Under the pieces are notes generated by a model. It worked only from the letters and a program-made list of their open reading frames with translations. It did no database searches and was not told the origin of the DNA. Both the position numbers and the translations under genes were made by a program. From Balneolaceae bacterium (GTDB lineage Bacteria; Bacteroidota; Rhodothermia; Balneolales; Balneolaceae), in assembly GCA_040222455.1 (NCBI GenBank), contig JAVKDD010000033.1:180671-244670 (forward strand): a stretch of 64,000 bases of DNA. Reading direction: 5' to 3'. Shown here in pieces: positions 9,408-19,087 of the stretch. Position 1 is the first letter of the stretch; each line of letters begins with the position of its first letter.

Positions 9408-10733
9408 ATGGAAGATAAATTTGACTGTATTGTCATTGGTGGAGGCGTAGCAGGTTTAGCTGCAGCAATCACTCTCGCCCGAAACAACATGAAGTTCCTT
9501 CTGATTGAGCGAGGGGAATTTGCCGGAGCAAAAAATGTTTCCGGGGGAGTTCTTTGGGGGCATGATCTCGCTAAGTTGGTCCCAAATTATTGGGAGGAAG
9601 AAGACGCAGGTTGGGAACGGTATATCAATCACCGGCGGCTCACCTTTATGGATGAACAATCAACCTTTTCTCTCGATTTCAAATCCAAACATTTTAATGA
9701 AACTCCATATTCTGGAGTAGTTGTACTTAGGTCAAAATTTGATAACTGGCTTTCAGGTAAACTTCAGGAAGCTATTGATGCTAGCGATTATGCTATGGAT
9801 TCATTCATCGCCACTAATATCAAAGTTGATCAGGTGTTGATGGAAAATGGAAAAGCTATCGGTATCAAAACCGGAGAAGATGAATTTCATGCTGATTCTG
9901 TAATTATCGCAGAAGGAGTAAATAATCTACTGACTCGTCAAGTTGGTTTACAAGATAATTACGTACCTGCCGATCATATGCTAACTGGAATAAAAGAAGT
10001 TATTCGTTTTGATCAACAAGTTCTTGAAGATCGATTTCAACTGAATGGTCTTAGTGGGATGAGTAATGAATATGTTGGTTGGGCTACAGATGGTGTTGAA
10101 GGTGGTGGATTCCTTTATACAAACAGAGATACCATTTCATTGGGATTAGTTCTAGGTATCAAAGACCTCCGTGAAAAGAAAAAAAGTCCACATGATTTAC
10201 TAAATCACTTCAAAACTCATCCAACTGTAGCAGATGCAATTAAAGGTGGTGAAATTGTAGAATATTCTGCTCATGTTGTTTCTTCTGGTGACTCCCGTGC
10301 AATGCCAAAAGAACTTTATAAAGATGGAATATTAATAGCTGGGGAAGCGGCAAACCTATTAATGAATGCAGGAAAAGCCATTCAAGGCATGGATTATGCT
10401 ATGCGTTCTGGAATTCTTGCAGCCGAAACAATAGTAACTGCTAAAGCAAAAAACGATTTCAGTTCTACAACTTTAAAAGAATATCGGAAAGCCTTAGACG
10501 ATAGTTATGTAATGAAAGACATTAATAACTTTCAGGATGCTGTTCATTTACTCCACACCGATACCATGCAGAATAAAGTTCCAAACCTAGTTTGTGATTT
10601 TGGGCGTCAGTTTTTCACAATTAAGAATGAGCCTACCCCTAAATCTGAAAAAATGTTATTAGGAGCTATCAAAAAACATGCTTCGCTATGGGAACTTTTG
10701 AAACTGGGATTTAAAGCGAGGAAATCTTTGTAA
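9408..10733 (+). CDS. fixC: FAD-dependent ETF-quinone oxidoreductase, FixC family
   Basis: Dinucleotide-binding N-terminus FDCIVIGGGVAGLAAAITLAR, about 441 aa. Gene order is etfBA-fixC-(insert)-fixX. Confidence 0.85.
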   Translation: MEDKFDCIVIGGGVAGLAAAITLARNNMKFLLIERGEFAGAKNVSGGVLWGHDLAKLVPNYWEEEDAGWERYINHRRLTFMDEQSTFSLDFKSKHFNETPYSGVVVLRSKFDNWLSGKLQEAIDASDYAMDSFIATNIKVDQVLMENGKAIGIKTGEDEFHADSVIIAEGVNNLLTRQVGLQDNYVPADHMLTGIKEVIRFDQQVLEDRFQLNGLSGMSNEYVGWATDGVEGGGFLYTNRDTISLGLVLGIKDLREKKKSPHDLLNHFKTHPTVADAIKGGEIVEYSAHVVSSGDSRAMPKELYKDGILIAGEAANLLMNAGKAIQGMDYAMRSGILAAETIVTAKAKNDFSSTTLKEYRKALDDSYVMKDINNFQDAVHLLHTDTMQNKVPNLVCDFGRQFFTIKNEPTPKSEKMLLGAIKKHASLWELLKLGFKARKSL

Positions 10734-10778
10734 GTGAGAAGGGAAAAGTCAAAACTTAGAAGTTGAGAGGTAAAATGA

Positions 10779-11126
10779 ATGATCAATTTAAATCATAAAA
10801 AATTAAATGTATATAAATCCAGTATTGATTTAGTAAGCGAGATTTACAAACTATCTGATACTTTTCCTACTTCTGAGAACTTTGGCTTGACTAGTCAATT
10901 AAGAAGAGCTTCTGTTTCCATTCCTTCAAACATTTCTGAGGGATCAGCACGATCATCTGATGCAGAGCGTAAAAGATTCATTCAAATTGCTCGCTCCTCG
11001 CTTGTTGAACTTGATACCCAAATTGAAATCGCATTAAATTTGAATTATCTAAAGGAAAGTGATATTGAACATCTATCTAGTTTATCGAATCAAGTATTTG
11101 CAATGCTTTCAAAAATGATGAAATGA
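10779..11126 (+). CDS. Four-helix-bundle protein (23S rRNA intervening-sequence protein / Avd-like family)
   Basis: 115 aa. The pattern L.VYK.S..L...IY.L...FP..E.FGLTSQLRRASVSIPSNISEGS.R.S..E...F..IA.GS..ELDTQ matches the TIGR02436-type four-helix-bundle family as I remember it. Confidence 0.75.
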   Translation: MINLNHKKLNVYKSSIDLVSEIYKLSDTFPTSENFGLTSQLRRASVSIPSNISEGSARSSDAERKRFIQIARSSLVELDTQIEIALNLNYLKESDIEHLSSLSNQVFAMLSKMMK

Positions 11127-11160
11127 TCGTCTCACTTTTCACCTTTTACTTTTCACTCTC

Positions 11161-11463
11161 ATGAAATTACTGAAACTCGCAGAACGGCTTGGCTTGGTAA
11201 GCTATCGTAACCAAGCTAAATCAGAAATTAAACCTCACATCATCGTTGATACCGACATCTGCAACTCAGGATGTCCCCATAAATGTACAACCTGGGTATG
11301 CCCTGCAAATTGCTACACCATGGACGAACACAACCAAGTACACTTCCAGGTAGAAGACTGCATAGAATGCGGAACCTGTATGTATGCTTGCGATCAGGGA
11401 GCCGTGGATTGGAATTTTCCTGATCCTGAAATTGGCCGTGGAGTAAATTGGAACTTTGGGTAA
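11161..11463 (+). CDS. fixX: Ferredoxin-like protein FixX
   Basis: 100 aa with Cys clusters CNSGCPHKCTTWVCPANCY and CIECGTCMYAC. Its position next to fixC/etfBA fits. Confidence 0.8.
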   Translation: MKLLKLAERLGLVSYRNQAKSEIKPHIIVDTDICNSGCPHKCTTWVCPANCYTMDEHNQVHFQVEDCIECGTCMYACDQGAVDWNFPDPEIGRGVNWNFG

Positions 11464-11487
11464 ATACTCAATTATAAAAAAAATCAA

Positions 11488-12663
11488 ATGGTAGAAACTA
11501 TGTTAGAATCTGGTCTTTCTTTTGAATTAAGTGAAGATCAAAAAATGATCCGTGACAGTGTTAAGGAATTTGTAGAACGCCACGTTGCACCTACCGCTAT
11601 TGAGCGCGATAACAGCAAGAAATTTCCTATGGAAATTGTAAAACAACTTGGTGAAATGGGAATGCTTGGAATTTATCATCCCGAACAATACGGGGGCGCC
11701 GGTTTTGATGCATTGAGTTTTTGTCTTGCACTTGAAGAAATTGCCCGCTGGGATGCTTCCCTTGCTTTAACAGTTGCTTCTCATACATCTCTAGGCATCG
11801 GACATATTGCTATCGCTGGAAGTCATGAGCAAAAGCTAAAATATATGCCAGAACTTTGCTCTGGTGCAAAATTAGGAGCATGGTGCTTAACTGAACCCGG
11901 TTCTGGGAGTGATGCTTCAGGAATGAAAACTGTGGCTGTTAAAAAAGGCGATCACTATCTCATCACTGGCTCAAAAATATTTATTACTCAAGGTTCCGTA
12001 GGTGATGTATATGTTGTACTGGCAAAAACCGATCCTAATAAAGGAACAAAAGGTATTAGTGCATTTATTGTTGAAAAAGAATGGGATGGAGTGAGTTCAG
12101 GCGCCGGAATGCACAAATTAGGGATGAATTCATCTGATACAAGTGAAGTTATTTTTGAGAATGTAAAAGTTCCTGTTGAAAACTTACTAGGTAAAGAAGG
12201 AATGGGATTTATTGACACAATGAAAGTTCTGGATGGAGGACGTGTTGGTATCGCTGCATTATCTGTTGGAATTGCTCGGGGTGCACTTGAAGAATCATTG
12301 GAATATGCTATGGAAAGAAAACAATTTGGTACTTCGATCGGCAATTTTCAATATATGGAAGGAAAACTTGTTGATATGGCTACCGAAATTGATGCCGCTC
12401 GTTTACTAGTTTGGAGAGCTGCAACTTTAAAAGATCAAGGTAAACCATATACTACCGAAGCATCCATGGCTAAGTTATTTTCTTCGGAACTTTCGGTACG
12501 AGCCTCACTTGATGCCGTTCAAATTCATGGTGGATATGGATATACGAAAGAGTATCATGTTGAGCGATTTTTAAGAGACTCTAAACTTATGACTATTGGT
12601 GAAGGAACTTCTGAAGTTCAAAGATTAGTGATAGCGAGAGAGTTGAAGAAAACACTTCAATAA
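11488..12663 (+). CDS. Acyl-CoA dehydrogenase (short/medium-chain type)
   Basis: 391 aa. Motifs are [15 protein letters not shown], the C-terminal [41 protein letters not shown], and an ACAD fold pattern. Confidence 0.9.
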   Translation: MVETMLESGLSFELSEDQKMIRDSVKEFVERHVAPTAIERDNSKKFPMEIVKQLGEMGMLGIYHPEQYGGAGFDALSFCLALEEIARWDASLALTVASHTSLGIGHIAIAGSHEQKLKYMPELCSGAKLGAWCLTEPGSGSDASGMKTVAVKKGDHYLITGSKIFITQGSVGDVYVVLAKTDPNKGTKGISAFIVEKEWDGVSSGAGMHKLGMNSSDTSEVIFENVKVPVENLLGKEGMGFIDTMKVLDGGRVGIAALSVGIARGALEESLEYAMERKQFGTSIGNFQYMEGKLVDMATEIDAARLLVWRAATLKDQGKPYTTEASMAKLFSSELSVRASLDAVQIHGGYGYTKEYHVERFLRDSKLMTIGEGTSEVQRLVIARELKKTLQ

Positions 12664-12670
12664 TGCTGGA

Positions 12671-12697
12671 TTTTGAATTAATGATACTAATTCAAAA
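12671..12697 (+). terminator. AT-rich hairpin after the acyl-CoA dehydrogenase gene (possible terminator)
   Basis: A perfect 10-bp stem, TTTTGAATTA (12671-12680) paired with TAATTCAAAA (12688-12697), around a 7-nt loop. No strong T-tract follows. Confidence 0.35.
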
Positions 12698-12779
12698 TTC
12701 AGAATCTATAATTAATTGAGTTTATCTTATTAGAAGGAATTCTTACCATTCGAAAAACTAATTCAAGCACAAAAATCCC

Positions 12780-13982
12780 ATGTCCAAAAACCTATTCAAC
12801 ATCGACGACGCTTTTCTTTTTGAATCTGAACTAAATGAAGAAGATCGTTTGATCATGGAAACCGCCCGAGATTATGCTCAAGCTAATCTTGAACCACGTG
12901 CCCTGAAAGGGAATACCGAAGAATATTTCGATCAGAATATAGCTAAAGAAATGGGCGATATGGGTTTACTGGGAATCAATATTCCTGAAGAATATGGTGG
13001 CGCTGGAGCAAGTTATACTGCTTATGGTTTGGTTGCTCGTGAAGTAGAACGAGTAGATTCTGGATATCGATCTTTTATGAGTGTTCAGTCTTCACTGGTC
13101 ATGTACCCTATTTCCATTTTTGGAACCGAAGAACAAAAGCACCGATTTATTCCAAGATTGGCATCTGGCGAAATAATTGGTTGTTTCGGATTAACTGAGC
13201 CTGATCACGGTTCAGATCCTGGTTCAATGGTGACAACAGCCATAAAAGTTGATGGAGGCTGGAAAATGAATGGCGCAAAAATGTGGATTACTAATTCACC
13301 TATTGCTGAAGTTGCCGTTGTTTGGGCAAAAGCCAAAGAAAACAAAGAAGATGAAGGTGTGATCCGTGGTTTTTTAGTTGAAAAAGGAATGAAAGGCTTT
13401 TCAGCACCTCATACTAAATATAAAATGAGTTTGCGTGCTTCAGAAACCGGTGAACTTGTTTTTGATGATGTTTTTATTCCCGACGAAAATGTATTTCCTG
13501 ATATCAAAGGGCTCAAAGGACCATTTATGTGCCTGAATTCTGCTCGATATGGAATTTCTTGGGGAACCATTGGAGCAGCAGAGTTCTGCTATCAGAAAGC
13601 GAGACAATACACCTTAGACCGAAAGCAGTTTGGGAAGCCTTTGGCTGCAAATCAGTTAATCCAAACTAAGCTCGCAAACATGTTAACCGATATTACTTCG
13701 ATGCAGATGTTAGCACTTCAACTTGGAAAGTTAAAAGATCAAGGACGGGATCATCCATCCATGACTTCACTCGCTAAAAGAAACAACTGTGGAAAAGCAT
13801 TGGAAATCTCCCGAATTTCTCGCGATATGCATGGTGGAAACGGAATTGTTGGCGATTATCGAGTTATTCACCACGTGATGAATCTGGAATCTGTGAATAC
13901 TTATGAAGGAACTTATGATATTCACGGTTTAATTTTAGGAAGGGAAATTACGGGAATTCAATCGTTTACTCCAAAAGGGTAA
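12780..13982 (+). CDS. gcdH: Glutaryl-CoA dehydrogenase-like acyl-CoA dehydrogenase
   Basis: 400 aa. GCFGLTEPDHGSDPGSM and NGAKMWITNSP resemble the GCDH subfamily. The symbol is tentative. Confidence 0.7.
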   Translation: MSKNLFNIDDAFLFESELNEEDRLIMETARDYAQANLEPRALKGNTEEYFDQNIAKEMGDMGLLGINIPEEYGGAGASYTAYGLVAREVERVDSGYRSFMSVQSSLVMYPISIFGTEEQKHRFIPRLASGEIIGCFGLTEPDHGSDPGSMVTTAIKVDGGWKMNGAKMWITNSPIAEVAVVWAKAKENKEDEGVIRGFLVEKGMKGFSAPHTKYKMSLRASETGELVFDDVFIPDENVFPDIKGLKGPFMCLNSARYGISWGTIGAAEFCYQKARQYTLDRKQFGKPLAANQLIQTKLANMLTDITSMQMLALQLGKLKDQGRDHPSMTSLAKRNNCGKALEISRISRDMHGGNGIVGDYRVIHHVMNLESVNTYEGTYDIHGLILGREITGIQSFTPKG

Positions 13983-13987
13983 TCACT

Positions 13988-14305
13988 ATGATTGCCCGAA
14001 TCTGGCATGGGTGGACTACTCCTGAAAACGCAGATGATTATTATCAAACCTTAATGGATTTTGTTATACCTGGGATTGAAAAAATGAATATCGAAGGTTT
14101 CAGAAAGATTGATGTACTTCGAAGAAGTCAAGAACAAGAAGTTGAGTTTATTACGATCATGTATTTCGATTCAATAGATAGCATCAAAAATTTCAGTGGT
14201 GAAGATTATGAAACTGCTCATGTTCCAAAAGAAGCTCAGAAATTTTTAAAAAGATGGGACTTAAAATCTTCACATTACGAGGTACTAAATAGTTTAGATT
14301 TTTAA
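13988..14305 (+). CDS. Small ABM/dimeric alpha-beta-barrel-like protein (function unknown)
   Basis: 105 aa. MIARIWHGWTTPENADDY...EFITIMYFDSIDSIKNF resembles antibiotic-biosynthesis-monooxygenase-fold proteins. The call is weak. Confidence 0.35.
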   Translation: MIARIWHGWTTPENADDYYQTLMDFVIPGIEKMNIEGFRKIDVLRRSQEQEVEFITIMYFDSIDSIKNFSGEDYETAHVPKEAQKFLKRWDLKSSHYEVLNSLDF

Positions 14306-14365
14306 TTTATTCTTTTTGGATTGATTCAAATCTGTATCTTCAACTACAAATTAAATGCTATCCAA

Positions 14366-14842
14366 ATGACAAAAAAAATACTTCTATTCATTCTTGCAGC
14401 TTTTGTAATCCTTCAATTCTTTCAAATTGATAAAGAAAATCCTTCTGCTGATCCCTCTTTGGATTTCATGAGTATATATCCTCCATCAGAAGAAGTGGCT
14501 AACATTCTAAAAACAGCATGTTATGATTGCCACTCTAATCAAACAGAATACCCTTGGTATACCTATACTCAACCTCTCGGCTGGTGGGTCGCAGATCATA
14601 TTAACCATGGGCGAGATGAGCTTAATTTTTCTGAATTCGGTAACTATAATCCTCGAAGAGCAGATCACAAACTTGAAGAAGGTGTCGAGTTTGTTGAAGA
14701 AAAAGAAATGCCTTTGCCTTCGTACACTTGGGCGCATTGGGATGCAGATTTAACTGATCAGCAAAGAGATGTATTGGTAGATTGGTTCAATGAACTTCGT
14801 CCAATTATTTACCCAGATAGCTTGAAGGGTGAAGACTCTTAA
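14366..14842 (+). CDS. Haem-binding-domain protein (Haem_bd family), membrane anchored
   Basis: CYDCHSNQTEYPWYTYTQPLGWWVADHINHGRDELNFSEF matches the haem-binding domain family. ATG at 14366 (MTKKILLFILAAF...) is more plausible than the TTG at 14321 used by the track. Confidence 0.6.
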   Translation: MTKKILLFILAAFVILQFFQIDKENPSADPSLDFMSIYPPSEEVANILKTACYDCHSNQTEYPWYTYTQPLGWWVADHINHGRDELNFSEFGNYNPRRADHKLEEGVEFVEEKEMPLPSYTWAHWDADLTDQQRDVLVDWFNELRPIIYPDSLKGEDS

Positions 14843-14855
14843 TTTGATTTTAAAG

Positions 14856-17399
14856 TTATTTGATCAAACTCAGTTTTCTGGTAATGATGACATCTCCTGC
14901 CGTTAATTGGTAGAAATACACACCTGATGCATAGTCCGATGCATTCCAAGTTGCATTATGGGTTCCGCCAGATTTCATCTCATCTACAATTACAGAAATG
15001 AGTCTACCTTGTAAATCAAAAACCTTTAACTGTACATTTACAGGCTTATCGAGACTAAATTGTATAACCGTTTCAGGATTAAAAGGATTAGGGTAGTTCT
15101 GGCTTAGATTGATTTTTGAGGGTAATGCTGTATCTCTATCTTCTTCATTGTTTACAAAAACTCCATTGTTCATTCTACCTGGGGTACCATAGCCAGATGA
15201 AGCTGCCCAATTCTCTCCTATCGAATTATCAAATCCAGGATTAGTTAGCGATAGTGTAGCGCCTAGTCCATCTGCCTTAAGCGGCCACGGAGACTTATCG
15301 TTATACGTTACTTGATCAACAATATTCCCAACTTCATCAAATAAATAGAGAGATTCTCCATCACCTGAAAAACCAAAATCCATATTGCCTGTTTTATTAT
15401 GTACATCAGGAAAAAATTGACTGAATTTGAGACTGTCTCTGGTAAGTACCACATAGTTGTGAGCATTTAGTTGCGCACCTTCGTTAAATACAAAACGATG
15501 TCCTTCTCCTGAATCAGAAAAAACCCAACCAGACATGTCTATAGTTTCGTCTGAGTTATTATAAAATTCAATCCAATCTTCAGGATCATAATTATCAGCT
15601 GAACGATAATTGATTTCATTGATTACCACCCCATATTCTGTAATTTCATTTCGGCTAAAATGTGCAGTGATTTCTGAATTTTCGGTAATGTTTAAATCAA
15701 TTATATCATCCGAACCTGAAATATCGCCACTCCAGCCGACAAAAGTATACCCGGGGTTAGCTTTTACCTTTAATTCTGCCGGTATAGCCTGATAAATAAG
15801 GCCATAATCTAATTCATCAGATCTAACATCTTCGATATAAACCTTACCAGCTCCAACGGGTTCAATTTTTGTTTCTACACTATGTAATCTTATTAAATCA
15901 AAATGATCGTATAAATTAGTCCTTGCTATAGTTGGACGTTGATCTATAAAATATTCAATTACACCCAGATGCTTTTCCCAATTCATCCCTGTACCCAGTC
16001 TCATTGATTTTTCCCAGCGATTTCCATGCGCAGGTATCTCAGATTCTATTAAAGCTGCAACACTATCAACAATCATTTGCATTCTTTCGGGCTGAAACGT
16101 AGTGTGCATATGCATACTATACCTTTGGATAAATTTATTCTTAAAGGTTTGGTTTTCAAGTAATTTTCTAAATAAAAAAGTAGCCCAAGTAGGACTTTCA
16201 TAAGGATTATTCGTAGTTGTAGTAAGTTTTTTAAGAATATTAGTATCGTAACCTCCTCGAGAGTGACTCCCCATTGACATATCTACATCATATAAAAGCC
16301 ATTTCCATTTGCCCTCCGGATTTTGTGGTCTCCAAAAAATTATATTATTTGCAGGCCAGTCTCCATTTGCCCAGTATATTTGTGCAATTTGATAATCGAT
16401 ATATTGATCGATATCCATTTGATCAGTAACCCAAGTATAGTTAGCTGATAGACTAATATCATTCTGTTTAATGAAGTCAATCATTGCATTATAATGATCT
16501 GCACTCCCTTCTTTTACTCTACTATTTCCAGTAAGAATATCAAGGGCGTTTTCATCAAATCCATAATTAGATTCTATAAAATCTTCGTTTTGTTTTTCTC
16601 GAAGCATATGAATACCCCAATACTCACCATTCAAAAATACGACTACAGGTTTGAAAGCCTGATACCCCAAATCCATTCGATATCTAACGATAGACTGTGC
16701 CGCAGCATTTCTGACGATGGCGCGATACCAATCTTGGCCTCCACTTCTTAATGCAAGGCGGTCAAAAGATTGAATGGGCTTATCTTCAAAGAGTGCGTAT
16801 TCTAATTTACTTTCCCCATATTCACTTCTGAAAAAAATATCTAGCGATTTTTGATCATAAAGCCTTGTGCATCCACCGCCAATCTTAATACCTGCATTTA
16901 ACTTAAATCCCTCTATCCTATTTTTTTCAAAAAACTCTAGTGTAGCCTCTCTTTCCCAATCCTGATTCCAATTCTTAGGACTATCCCGGCAGTATCCTGG
17001 AATTCCGTTTGTTCCTTCAACATATATACCACTCTCGTTTGAAAAAAAATTTACAGGATCACTGGTGATAGATAGTACGGGAAGTTTAGTTTCTTCATTT
17101 ATAAAATAGGTTTTGTCGATAAACATTGTATCCTGATATCCTAAAGTATAAGCTACCATACGTAGTGCAGTAGTTTCTTTTAATATAACTGACTCAAAAT
17201 ATGGTATATCAGAAGAATCAGGAATTGAGCCATCTAAGGTATAATAAATAGTAAGCAAATCTGTTTCGAAATCTGCTTCTACATTAACAGAATCTGTATA
17301 AAAACCTGACTCTGGATTTATAAATATTGATTGAGCGAGAACATTATTCGTTTGAATAAATGCAAAAATCAATATATAGAATAAAAGAACTCGCTTCAT
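14856..17399 (-). CDS. CotH kinase-family protein with a lamin-tail (LTD) domain and a T9SS C-terminal sorting domain
   Basis: 847 aa with a signal peptide. The central region is CotH-like (LRSGGQDW...NGEYWGIHMLREK). The LTD-like region is VVINEINYRSADNYDPEDWIEFYNNSDETIDMSGW. The C-terminus NYPNPFNPETVIQFSL...SGVYFYQL...RKLSLIK is a classical Por secretion tail. Confidence 0.75.
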   Translation of the reverse strand: MKRVLLFYILIFAFIQTNNVLAQSIFINPESGFYTDSVNVEADFETDLLTIYYTLDGSIPDSSDIPYFESVILKETTALRMVAYTLGYQDTMFIDKTYFINEETKLPVLSITSDPVNFFSNESGIYVEGTNGIPGYCRDSPKNWNQDWEREATLEFFEKNRIEGFKLNAGIKIGGGCTRLYDQKSLDIFFRSEYGESKLEYALFEDKPIQSFDRLALRSGGQDWYRAIVRNAAAQSIVRYRMDLGYQAFKPVVVFLNGEYWGIHMLREKQNEDFIESNYGFDENALDILTGNSRVKEGSADHYNAMIDFIKQNDISLSANYTWVTDQMDIDQYIDYQIAQIYWANGDWPANNIIFWRPQNPEGKWKWLLYDVDMSMGSHSRGGYDTNILKKLTTTTNNPYESPTWATFLFRKLLENQTFKNKFIQRYSMHMHTTFQPERMQMIVDSVAALIESEIPAHGNRWEKSMRLGTGMNWEKHLGVIEYFIDQRPTIARTNLYDHFDLIRLHSVETKIEPVGAGKVYIEDVRSDELDYGLIYQAIPAELKVKANPGYTFVGWSGDISGSDDIIDLNITENSEITAHFSRNEITEYGVVINEINYRSADNYDPEDWIEFYNNSDETIDMSGWVFSDSGEGHRFVFNEGAQLNAHNYVVLTRDSLKFSQFFPDVHNKTGNMDFGFSGDGESLYLFDEVGNIVDQVTYNDKSPWPLKADGLGATLSLTNPGFDNSIGENWAASSGYGTPGRMNNGVFVNNEEDRDTALPSKINLSQNYPNPFNPETVIQFSLDKPVNVQLKVFDLQGRLISVIVDEMKSGGTHNATWNASDYASGVYFYQLTAGDVIITRKLSLIK

Positions 17400-17718
17400 A
17401 AGTTTGGTAGTACTTGATTGCTCAAAATTAGTTGAACGAAACTTATCTCAATTTATACACTAATACTTTTAATATTTGTAAGGTTGCATATATAAAAATT
17501 ATTAGTCCTCATCTTTCCATCAAATCCAGTTTTTACAGCGTTCATAAATAAAACTCAATATGCTATGTTGTCAAATAGGGTTTCGGATTCAAACCTGAAT
17601 CAAGACTTCAGTAATTGCTAGGCGCCTATTAAACTTCACTTCAATAACTTTGCTCACCAATTAGGGGTACTACTCTATTGATGTGTATTACTATAAAATC
17701 AGGCATAAAAGTAACATA

Positions 17719-18828
17719 ATGATGAAATACGTTGGACTATTACTTTTAATGATTGGAACAGTCATTTCATCATGTGATGAAGTAGCCCCAGTGACCAAAG
17801 ATATCGAAGAAATTGAGGTAGAGGCAGTTCTGGGCGAAGTGTTAACACTACCAGACCAAGCGTTTAATTATGGAAATCCAGAACTGCCCTCCTTCTTTAA
17901 CCTTCGTGATAATAGAGTTGAAATAAATACTCCGAATAATAATCCTATTACTGATGCTGGTGCTACACTTGGTCGTGTTCTCTTCTATGATGTAAGTTTG
18001 TCTGCAAATAACAGTACATCGTGTGCATCTTGCCATTTACAAAAAGCTGGTTTTTCCGATTCTGACCAATTTAGTAAAGGTTTTGAAGGTGAATTAACAA
18101 ATAGAAACTCTATGGGATTAACTAATTCCAAATACTATGAAAATGGTCATTTCTTTTGGGATGAACGAGCTGAGACTCTGGAGGAGCAAGTATTAATGCC
18201 AATCCAAGATCCTATCGAAATGGGTTTAGCTTTGCCAGAACTTGAAAGTAAAATATCTGCTCTAAGCTATTAGCCTAGATTATTTGAAGAAGTATACGGG
18301 GATGATGAAATAAATTCTGAACGAATATCATTAGCACTTTCTCAATTTGTACGCTCAATAATCTCCTATCGATCTAAATATGATGAAGGGCGAGTTCAGG
18401 TGAATGATCCTGAAGATAGCTTCCCTAATTTCAGTGAAATTGAAAATCTTGGAAAGCGTGTCTTTTTTTCAAATCAAACCGATTGCTCTAACTGCCATAC
18501 CTCAGATCTTTTTGTAGGAGATGAAGCCAGAAACAATGGATTAGATGCAGTATTAACTGACATTGGTTTAGGCGGTTCAACTGGAAGAAATCAGGATAAT
18601 GGAAAGTTTAAAACAAGTTCTTTACGAAATATTGAACTCACATCTCCATATATGCATGATGGGAGATTTGGAACTCTTGCAGAAGTTGTAGAGCATTACA
18701 ATTCTGGCATTCAAAATAGCCCCAATTTAGATAACAGACTTCAAAGAAACGGACAACCCGTAAGAATGAATCTAAGCAATCAGGAAAAAGATGCACTTGT
18801 AGCTTTTTTAAAGACATTAACTGATTAA
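17719..18828 (+). pseudogene. Di-haem cytochrome c peroxidase (CCP/MauG family) lipoprotein, interrupted by a single in-frame TAG at 18271-18273
   Basis: Track ORFs 17683-18273 and 18400-18828 are in the same frame (717 nt apart). The stretch between them translates without further stops (PRLFEEVYGDDEINSERISLALSQFVRSIISYRSKYDEG...). The first haem motif CASCH is in the upstream part and the second, CSNCH, is in the downstream part. The lipoprotein-type signal VISSC follows ATG 17719. Confidence 0.75.
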
Positions 18829-18906
18829 GCGCTCATAGAAGACAAAAAATACTCAAATCCCTTTATCGAACATTAAATTTTCGTACCCCAAAAGTCCAAG
18901 AGGTGC

Positions 18907-18933
18907 AGGTGTAAAAGCCTACACCTTTTTTTA
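18907..18933 (+). terminator. Rho-independent terminator after the peroxidase gene
   Basis: Stem AGGTGTA (18907-18913) paired with TACACCT (18920-18926), a 6-nt loop, followed by a T-run. Confidence 0.6.
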
Positions 18934-19087
18934 TACTATTTATTCAATTTTTTTCAAAAACTTCGCTTAATTATTAAGTACATTTATTCACTTTATAATT
19001 TTATTAAAAAAAATATTTAAGCAGACATTACTACTTTTGGGGTCTAGCCGTTTTAATTAAACGGTCACTTTACGAAATCATCTTTAT

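Noticed and set aside
14856-17399. CotH + lamin-tail + T9SS-CTD protein as a novelty.
   Set aside because: To my knowledge this domain combination recurs widely in Bacteroidota-like genomes, so I treat it as ordinary T9SS cargo.
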